A DNA stretch of 64,000 nucleotides, taken from positions 1 through 64,000 of the forward strand of contig JAUCBJ010007053.1 of NCBI GenBank assembly GCA_032718475.1, read 5' to 3'. Both the position numbers and the translations under genes were made by a program. This stretch comes from Nemertoderma westbladi (lineage: Eukaryota > Animalia > Xenacoelomorpha). Below the pieces are notes generated by a model that was given only the letters and a program-made list of their open reading frames with translations, was not told the origin of the DNA and made no database searches. Shown here one piece after another: positions 55,273-64,000 of the stretch (position 1 is the stretch's first letter; every line of letters begins with the position of its first letter).

Positions 55273-56262
55273 GTGTGAGATCAAGTTATTTTAGTATAAT
55301 AATATTTTAAGATTTCAAAAAGTGACAACTTATATGATCAATCAAAAATAAATTTTTTTATTATTAGCTTTCGATAGCTCTCTCTATCTTTTTCAAATAA
55401 ACGATATTCTAGAATTAATGCACTACAAATAATCTTTTAAAATTTACTCTTTTTCTTTAAAAAAAAAATCAACTAATCTATTTTCGATTTTTTTGCGTCT
55501 GTTTAAGTAATTAAGTCTACGTTGTGCGGATCTCTGAGGTCCAGGTTTATGTCTTTAATGAGACAACAAATTATCGTATAAAACATTGTTAGGGCTTGAA
55601 GCAGAGCGGGTTTCATTCATTAAATTGTTCCACTTTTTTATCAGACGCTGTCTCACTGTACGATAAGTGTTTTTCATGTGATCATAAACGCGGGACAAGA
55701 TTGAATTCGAATTATCATAGGTGATAGCAGATGATTTAGCTCTCATAAAAAGACTGAGAAAATGTCTTCGCCTCGTCTCGGCATAAAGAGAAACAACTTC
55801 CAAAATATTTAATTCGGCTTTAAAAATATTATTTTTAGCTTTAATGCGAACCTGTTCAAAATGAATAGAATTACCAGGTAAATTAAGGTTTAAGCAAATC
55901 CTCAAACCCTTCGGTATTACGTTGTGCTTCTTGCGATTTTCAAGAAATTATCTTTGAAGTTGACCCATAATTAGTTGCGAGCCTAAATTTATTAATTGTA
56001 GGAACAAAATTCTTGGTACAATCGCCATTCATCCACAGTCTAAAATTTATATAAGTTTAAATTAAGTAAAGAAAGTTAGGGAATATGACTGTAGGGTGTG
56101 AGATCAAGTTGTTTTAGTATAATAATATTTTCTAAGAATTCAAAAAGTGACAACTTATATGATCAATCACTAAAAATTTATTTTTTTATTATTAGCTTTC
56201 GATAGCTCTCTCTATCTTTTTCAAATAAACGATATTCTAGAATTAATGCACTACAAATAATG
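55273..56262 (-). mobile_element. Short Penelope-like element: two direct ~165-bp pseudo-LTRs (55273-55433, 56096-56262) flanking a decayed N-terminal ORF fragment
   Basis: Near-identical direct repeats, each with TTGAAAAA-GATAG-agagag-CTATC-GAAA then AATAAA. The frameshifted ORF reads FLK/KKHNVIPKGLRI...RLIKKWNNL, the FLxxCxxxxIPKGL-type N-terminus of Penelope-like elements (PLEs). No RT or GIY-YIG domain. Confidence 0.65.
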
Positions 56263-56275
56263 ATTATTTGTAGTG

Positions 56276-59215
56276 ACTGGCTGGTCCTCACGGCGAAAGC
56301 AATGTCCTGCAAAGCGGAGGCTATTTTGTTCTAGTGTGAAGCTTGGGGGAACCAATGAGACACATCTAATGTTATATAGTGTCTGGTTGGAGATGTGTGC
56401 ATTGTACTTGACACAATGAATCCGGCGTAGCATTCTTGTGAATGTGCCATCCAGAGATTTGGTGTCCTCAACAGTTAGAGCTCAGCTTGGTCTCCCATAG
56501 AGGAGTACTGGAACTACTGCTGCTCTAAATAATCGGACCTTATGTTTACGATTAATTCTCGGTGACTTCCAAATCCTGGAAAGCCTATTCAAGGCTGCCC
56601 ATGACTTTCCCTTACGTATTTGAAGGTCCTCACCTGAGTTCCGGATCCATGATCCCAGGTAACAGAAGTCGTCCACATGCTCAAGCATACCATCCTTTGA
56701 GCTTATGCTCATCCGATCAGAGACTTGCTGAGGACTTTCAAAGTTAACTGTCAAAATTTTGGTCTTTCTGGAGTTAATAAAAAGACCAACACTAATGTTG
56801 CCATAGGGCCACATTTATATGCTGAGAGGTTGCCAAAGGGCCACTGCCAATTCTGGAGGGGTGGCACAGTGGCAACATTTATATCAATATATATATATAT
56901 AAGTTTAAATTAAGTAAAGAAAGTTAGGGAATATGACTGTAGGGTGTGAGATCAAGTTGTTTTAGTATAATAATATTTTAAGATTTCAAAAAGTGACAAC
57001 TTATATGATCAATCACTAAAAATTTAGTGATTAGTGATTTATAGAAGTAGTCTGTTCTAATGAGCTGAGGAACTGTTGGGCTCCCTCTAGTGATTCTGAG
57101 AGTACTCCTAAGTCATCAGCAATGTCTAGATCAGTTAGGTACTTGGCGGGATTTCCTCGACTTCTGGAGCCAGTAGGTGGAGTTATTATCACCCCATCAT
57201 CATTATGATGATCTAAGGACATGCGTAGAACATAGTCAACCACAATTATGAACAAGAATGGTGCAAGTGTGTCTCCCTGGAGGACGCCCCATAACACTTC
57301 AAATGGTTCTGTGTCACCATCAACAGTAGACACAAATGTTGTCGAACCATCGTATACTGATCTGATTGCTGCAATAATTTCATCAGGAATCCCATATAAT
57401 GAAAGTATGCTGAACATACGTGAGCGAGAGACTGAATCAAAGGCATTGAAGAAGTCAACAAAGATAACAGCAGATGCCTGTCTTTCTTTTTTGATAACTC
57501 TTCCATTATCCTTCTAAGTGCCAAAATGGGCTCCATGGTCCCACGACCTTTACGGAACCCATTTTGATTTCCACGGAGCAGTCTCTCAATGGGATCCCTG
57601 ATGCGATTTAATAGAATTCTATTGTATAGCTTTGCAGTTATCGAGATCAATGAGATTCCCCGTCCCCGAAAGAACCATAGAGTGTTAGGTTGCCCTTCTT
57701 GGGAACTGGCACCAACTTATTTGTTTTCATTTCTTGTGGGACTCTTGTTGTTCGGTACATGTCTACTATGATGGGATAGATGAGCTTTAAACACTGAGGT
57801 ATTTTAAAGACCTCAGGGGGAACACCATCTACTCCACTGGCACGATTGGTCTTAATGCTCTTTGCAGCAGCCTTCACTTCTGCAAAGGATATATCGCCAA
57901 TGGGAAAATCTGGGAGTACAGACTCAGACACTTTTACTTCTATATAGTTACCAGGCAATACCCTGTCATTATTGAGGAGCTTTTCAAAGTGGGCCTTCCA
58001 ACCATTGAGGCGATCGGCTGGTGATTCAGCCTTAACATTGGTGGTTGGTTGGCTTTTCCTCCCAGTAAACAAGTTGATCGATTTTCATGCCTGGGTTGAT
58101 TGCCTGCTGTCGTCAGCATCATTGATGGCATCAACCTGTTGGTTTATTAGCTCCTGTAGATTAACAGAGTGCTGCCTGTTCAGGGACCTAGATGCAGCCT
58201 TAACTGCATTCTTGGCCGCTGTAGTCTGTTTGAGTCGGGACTCTTTCTGCGCCTTATAGAGGTCATTTCGGCACTTCTGAATTTTGTTGTCAGTCCAGGG
58301 GGCTCTTTTCCTGTTTTGAGGGTATACAGGAACTGTTTCTGCAGCTGCTAACTTAACTGCTTCTGTGAAGGCAGTATAGCCCTCGCAGTGATCTGCCGCC
58401 TCAGAGGCAAGAACATCATACCTGTTGCTCAGCTGCAGTGTGAAGCTGGATCGCACACTTAGCTGTTGCAACAGAGAGGACCAGTCATGCCGCGGCAAGG
58501 CAGATTTTGTTGTTCTGCTAGCACGCAGACTAAGTCTTACCTTGGCCACAATAAGGCGGTGATCACTGGAGAAGGGTCGAAGTGTAAATGAATTACAGTC
58601 TTGTATAGAGCTCCTGTATTTCCTACGAAACAGAATATGGTCTATCTGGGACTTGTGACCACTGGGTCCACTATGAGTCCATAGCTTTCCAGTTCGCTTC
58701 TTGAACTGGGTCCCAGCCGACAACAAACCATTTCTAGAGATAAAATCCTGAAGATGGACGGAATTTCGGTTAACACTATTGCTATAGATCCGGGGCGATG
58801 TAGGTGATTGATGCAGACTTGCATTAACGTCTCCCAGGAATGTTAAGAATGCATGCTGATCCACTCCATCAGTAGCTGCTTGTAGATTGTGGTAGAAATT
58901 TTCCAACTCCTCTACAGGGGCAACACTAGTTGGAGAGTAGCACACAATCAGAACCACCTTAGGAAACTTCTTAGCCAGTCTTCCAGTACATGAGAAGTGG
59001 CAACGGATGATGCGGTTAGAGATTTGGTCTATTTTGTCTAATGCGCATGTGGAGTTGGATTCATCAATAGACCATTTCCACTATCACCTGCTGTCGCCAA
59101 CCGCCCCCCATGTCCTTAATCGGAACCTCATCAGTCTGTCCAGTCTGCATTCGGTGCTCTTGAACACCCACTGCGCTAAGTCGCTAAGATAAAGTTTATC
59201 TGCCGTATGTTTAAC
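56276..59215 (-). pseudogene. Decayed RTE-clade LINE (APE + RT), multiple frameshifts and stops, interrupted at 56795-57041
   Basis: GVQEHR, CYSPT, LGDVNA, QIDHIL, SSDHRL, QNGFRKGR, GVLQGDTLAPFLF, DIADDL, FCYLGSW, VLLYG and LRFAGHCFR motifs in collinear ORF pieces. Confidence 0.92.
56795..57041 (-). mobile_element. Composite insertion into the RTE RT: third partial copy of the Penelope-like pLTR (56897-57022) plus an 85-bp inverted-ended segment
   Basis: Removing it and one flanking TA restores ...LSSLEQTTSSVGLFIN.... 56897-57022 is near-identical to 56049-56176. Confidence 0.8.
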
Positions 59216-59519
59216 CTATGCTATATTTTGCTTATGGTAATTACTAATTACTGTTTAAAATAACAATAAAAGGAATTCAAATTTGACAAAATTTAACTGA
59301 AAAATTTCGCTCGCTTTGCTCGCGTTTTTTTTACTTTTACATATTGTCAATTAAAATGCTTTTTAACGTAGCTGCATAGAGCAGTCGGGTCTATTGCAAT
59401 ATTAATTTGGGCAGCAGATTTTCACTGACGCACCCCAAACCTAAATTTATAGAGTTTATAGTGTTGGTGCGGTGCTCTTTCAAATATTACCCGGCGCGGC
59501 GCAATTTTTATAAACTACT

Positions 59520-60270
59520 GTATCCTGCTATCCAGCGCACTTTTGGTAAGGATTCTGAGTCCACTAGGGCGCCAGGTATTCCACTGCCTGACGTTCTTCC
59601 TCGCTAACCTCAAAGTCGACGAGGTTATCGATAGCTGCGAGACATTCAGAGAGTGGCTCCAGTACAAGAGTCCTGCGGTACTGTGTGGACAGTTGGTAGC
59701 TCATCCATCTTGCAGAATGCCATAAGCCCCCAAGATCGGAAAGCACTATTGGTTTCTTTCACACCAATTGTCATATTTGTGCCACTCAATGCACGAAAAC
59801 AACCAATCTCTCCCTCCAAAATGTCCTGTTGGACCTCGCTCGTTCTAAAATATTCAACCCCCATGCCTAACAGGTAGCGGCTGAGATCACAGATCCCAAA
59901 ACAGCACTGATAAATGGCGTTGTGGGTATCGACAGTGAGGCTACGGACACGAAGTTTGCCATTCGCACATGGCTCAGTTAGTAAATATGTACTGAAATAA
60001 AAATAAGTCTGTAGGATAGAGGTACCACATCGGACCAAATCGCTACCACATCGGATCAAATCGGGATCAACTCGGACCTAATCACTACCACATCAGACCC
60101 AATCGGTACCACATGGTCCAGCGTCCAGGGATCCCAGACGACTCCACAGTCCATTCAGATTGGTGGAAGAATATGTTGCATGAATCCTCGGATCGCATAT
60201 CGTGTTACTACAATGTCTCTTTCGATTGACAGTTAGATGTTCGGTGATAAAACGCCATGGAATTCTTAAA
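59520..60270 (-). pseudogene. P-element/THAP9-family transposase relic (C-terminal RNase H part), apparently intron-split
   Basis: LTVDTHNAIYQCCFGICDLSRYLL...YFRTSEVQQDILEGEIGCFRALSGTN matches the P-transposase QxDxLExxFGxxRxxxGxN catalytic-Glu region. Downstream EEERQAVEYLA lies in a shifted frame. Acceptor TTTTTATTTCAG at ~59992. Confidence 0.75.
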
Positions 60271-60530
60271 CCGTACCACATCAGACCAAATCGGTAACAC
60301 ATCGGACCCAATAGGTACCACATCAGACCCAAAAGGTATCACACCAGACTCAATTGGTACGACATCGGACCCCATGGGGACCACACCGGTCTCAACAAGG
60401 TTCCAAGCCAGACTCAAAGGGTAGTATCATGGGCCCAAAAGGTACCACCCTGGACTCAATTGGTACCACACACTGGTCTCCATAGGTTTCACACTAGACA
60501 CAAAAGGAACCAGTCCGGACCAAAGGTACT
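60020..60530. repeat. Diverged 21-bp repeats (GGTACCACATCGGACCAAATC-like) in two blocks (~60020-60112, ~60272-60530)
   Basis: Recurrent TACCACATC(G/A)GACC(C/A)AA. Confidence 0.85.
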
Positions 60531-60767
60531 GGTCGCAATCAGCACTACACTGCCACACAATAAATAAATAAATTTGAGAGATGTTTCACTTTGAGATTGT
60601 TCTCCCTCTATACTGTACTGCTACTGTATATTGGCATACATAGGAGAACTGCAGAAGCATCAAAGGCTTCAATAACTCTCAGCCAAAGGTGTGGTACTAC
60701 ATATACATACATGTACATACATTGCTCAGCTCAAAATGATTCAGATAGGGGGGGGGGGGGGGGGGGG

Positions 60768-61255
60768 GGGGGGAACTGGACGCAATAAAAATTAATCTCT
60801 CTCCAGGGGAAATTCGACGCAAATAACAGCTGATTACTCTCAAAAATAAAACTGTAACCTGTTCTATTGTGTTTAGTTTATTGTTTTGGTTAAAATAACG
60901 TGTCACTGTAACCTGCTCCTTTCCCTAAATTGAGAATATAACATTGAGGCGGGATATTAATTCTCCAAAATGGGATTTGCGTCCAGTTGACTTGTGCACA
61001 TGTTATACAGTATAAAGTGAGACAGGGGGGGAAACTCGACGCAAAACCGGCTCTGGCAAATTAATATCCCGCCTTAATGTTAAATTCTCAATTTAGGGAA
61101 AGGAGCAGGTTACAGTGGCACGATATTTTAACCAAAACAATAAACTAAACACAATAGAACAGGTTACAGTTTTATTTTTGAGAGTAATCATCTGTTATTT
61201 GCGTCCAATTTCCCCTGGAGAGGGATGAATTTTTATTGCGTTCAGTTTCCCCCCT
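60768..61255. mobile_element. Palindromic MITE (~490 bp) with ~200-bp arms and GGGGGGAA...TTCCCCCC termini
   Basis: 60768-60967 is the reverse complement of ~61054-61255 with few mismatches. The left end is expanded into poly-G. Internal copies of the GACGCAA motif. Confidence 0.9.
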
Positions 61256-61298
61256 TATATATCTGATATAAGTACAGTATAGTGTAATTAGTACAAAT

Positions 61299-61333
61299 CA
61301 AGGCCATCTAAACAACTTGTTTAGATGGCCTTG
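61299..61333. mobile_element. Probable P-element excision footprint: 17-bp perfect inverted arms + 1 nt, flanked by an 8-bp TSD
   Basis: GTACAAAT-CAAGGCCATCTAAACAA-C-TTGTTTAGATGGCCTTG-GTACAAAT. Confidence 0.85.
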
Positions 61334-61697
61334 GTACAAATACAATACCTGCCAAGTTCATGTCTTACACCTGCAGGCTGCAGACGACGGGTGCTAACTA
61401 TACTGTATAAGTCGGTAAGTACAGAAGCAGGGGCAATAGTCTCAGCAATTGCTAATATTCTAGCTGTCTAGTGGGGTAGGCTGGCAGTGCAGTAGCGGTT
61501 ACCAGCCTGACCTGTTTCCAGCTATAAAGACTGACAATTAGGCCTACTGAATTACTGATCCGAGTTTGGTCAGTTGGTGCGGGAACTTGTTTTTTACATT
61601 ATTTACATCAAACAGTCAAAATTTGCTATATTCAGTCAGATATTACTGTATTATGACCGATGTGCAGATGTGGCTCCGATGTCCGATGTGGTAGGCC

Positions 61698-64000
61698 TAG
61701 ATTAGATTAGATTAGATTATATTATTGACTAAAATGGAATAATATATAACAATAAACAAAATATAAATAGCGGTTCGCAGGCATTTAGTCCAAAAAGGTT
61801 CACATTTACTTATAAACGTATTCAGGTAAACATACATTCATCTGTACGAAGATAACATTAAGATAGATTAAATTAATTAGGGTAGAACAATGTTAATATA
61901 CGTGAGTACAGTATTTGGTGTTATAAATAAATAACATTACAACGAAATTGCAATCAAATAGCGAAGTTTTTACATGTTAATTACATTAACCGCCAAAAAG
62001 ACAAAACAGCCTCTGTGTCCTTGTACAGAGATGTGATATTATTAAAACTTCCAGTAATATTGTGACCATAATTTGTGCCAGCGCATCGAAACATATGGTG
62101 CTCTTCATCATCTATCTCCGTAGGGCATAGGTTGCAGAAGCGTAGCTGTCTGGGTACCGAACGCCAGCGCCCGAGTTCAACTTGTAGACAATGAGAGCCA
62201 AGTCTAAACTGGAGGCACTTTTTGTGCGCTGTGCTCCATACGTTGTCATTTAAAAGAGAGCTTCTTGTTAATGTCGGATTGAACTTTAGATATGTTCTGA
62301 ACTTAGTCCCCTTATTTGGCTGAGAGTTATTTGCTTGCGTTTGAACATATATACGCACACCGTCTAAAAAGTTGTTTGTAGTAATTTCTTTATTTTCTAG
62401 AGATTTATAGTGACAAACATACGGAATTTTCATGTCTATAGCGTCATTTATTAATTTATTTAGTATCGGTTGGTTTTCACTATTCCGAACACGGAGCCAG
62501 AAAGCTTTTTGTCTCTTTTGAATGGTTGTGTTGATATCAGCCATCGTACTTAATTCGCAATAAATAAGCTTGGACGGTGTAGTCGTCCTCACTCCCACAA
62601 GAGATTTCAGAGCATACTCGTAATCACTTTGAAATTTACCCATTTTTGCGTCTCCAAATACTTCACAGTTATACAGAACACTGCTAATGACACAGGATTC
62701 TAAAACTCGTTCCTTTATTCGGAACGGTAGAAGGAAATTCTCACGTAGAAAGTTCGTGAATTTGATGTAATTCTTAAAACTGTCACGTCGCTGCACTTCA
62801 ATATCATTGGTCACACTACCGGTGTTTGTTATAATGGTGCCAAGATATCTGTACTTATCGGTGCATTTAATGACGCCATCGAGCAATGGCAGTGGATGGG
62901 TGTCTTCATCTGTTCTAGAATTTATGCATATAAATTCGCATTTAGACGGTTGCATAGTTATTGCATTTCGAGTGCAGTAAGTGCATACTGCCTGCAGTTT
63001 CTTTGTGGCCATATCACGACTCGTAGCTAGGATAATCGTATCGTCAGCGTGTGCCAGGGTGTGTATCAACTCTAAGAATCCATCAGTCCCAATAACTTCT
63101 TTGATGTACTTAATCAAGTCATTAACGTACACTAGGAATAATATTACAGAACTGGCCGCACCTTGTTTTATGCCAGATTTCAATTGGAACTCGCTGGAGA
63201 AGTCATTATTGAAAAACACTACTCCTTTAGATAGGTGGTACATTGCTGCGATCGCGGCCAACATGACAGACCCAATACCAATAACCATTAGTTTTTTTAT
63301 TAATATTGATCGGGAAATTCGGTCAAAGGCACCTTCATAATCAAGGAATATAATGTATAATTTGGATGAGCGTTTCTTTGCAATTTCAATTAGAATTCTC
63401 ACTATAAAAACGTTATCTGCACAGCTACGTTTTGTTTGATACGCAGTTTGTTCCTCGGCTGGTTGGAACCATTTCGTAAGACGCTTACATATAATGAAGT
63501 CATAGAGTTTAGATAACAGATATATCAGCGTAATTGGGCGGTAGTTCTTCGGTAGGTAGGATGCACCTTTCTTGAATATGGCGCATATGTGTGACGTCAT
63601 CCATCTAGTTGGGTATGAGGCATTAACAAATATACAATTAAATAGCATGACAATGATAAGAATTAATGTATACGGCGCATTTTGTAGCATCTGTGGACAC
63701 CATCCATCGGCACTTGATTTGTTTTTTTAGTTTATTTAGAGCCTCCTGAACTTCTTCAGCATCAATATGTCCATCTAATTCTGGGATGAAATTTGTGTAA
63801 CCTTGCGTAGCCAGGCGAATGTCATCATCGTCCCTGCCAGTATCACACTTTGTTGCTAAGTGATTAGCAATAACTTCTGCTGACGGTGCATCTTCGGCTG
63901 TACATTTTTTGGTGTCCAGTTTACCCTTCCAATTAAGCTTTCTCCACAGTTCTTTAGAATCATTTTGCTCAATCAACGATAACCATATTTGGGAGACATT
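61698..64000 (-). mobile_element. Non-LTR retrotransposon, Proto2/RTEX-like, 3' part (continues past the window)
   Basis: RT ORF, ~260-bp 3' UTR, and an (AATCT)n tail at 61698-61719. Confidence 0.92.
61981..63976 (-). CDS. LINE ORF2 RT domain + C-terminal zinc knuckle; single frameshift at the T7 run 63722-63728
   Basis: NYRPITL, DYEGAFDRISR, GIKQG, HADDT, YLGT and RLGSHCLQVELGRW...CNLC...DDEEH...C motifs. Removing one base joins LNKLK-NKSSADGWCPQMLQNAP. Confidence 0.9.

Noticed and set aside
60748-60773. Poly-G run as a G-quadruplex regulatory element (also poly-C at ~4667 and ~5600)
   Set aside because: Simple homopolymer expansions of uncertain length; here it extends a MITE terminus.

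Overview
Eukaryotic (metazoan invertebrate-like) repeat-rich DNA, with GT-AG introns and no prokaryotic features. About 65% is tandem repeat: arrays with 22, 21, 35, 18, 33, 42, 60, 17 and 41 bp units. Most of the ORF track is artefact from these arrays. Real coding content is transposon-derived plus a few probable host exons. The main element is a full-length, intact non-LTR retrotransposon (22926-27108, minus strand) inserted into the 42-bp satellite with a 13-bp target-site duplication (TSD). Its ORF1 and ORF2 are in the same frame, separated by one TGA in the readthrough context TGA-CTA. A C2HC zinc finger straddles the first ORF2 ATG, so it can only be made by readthrough or non-AUG initiation. 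The right end holds a decayed RTE LINE interleaved with Penelope-like pieces (pseudo-LTRs, hammerhead-like motif, snap-back junctions). It also holds an intron-split P-element transposase relic, a probable P-element excision footprint (17+1+17 bp, 8-bp TSD), a palindromic MITE, a HINE/pearl-like element and a Proto2-like LINE. All calls were made by eye; clade assignments need database confirmation.
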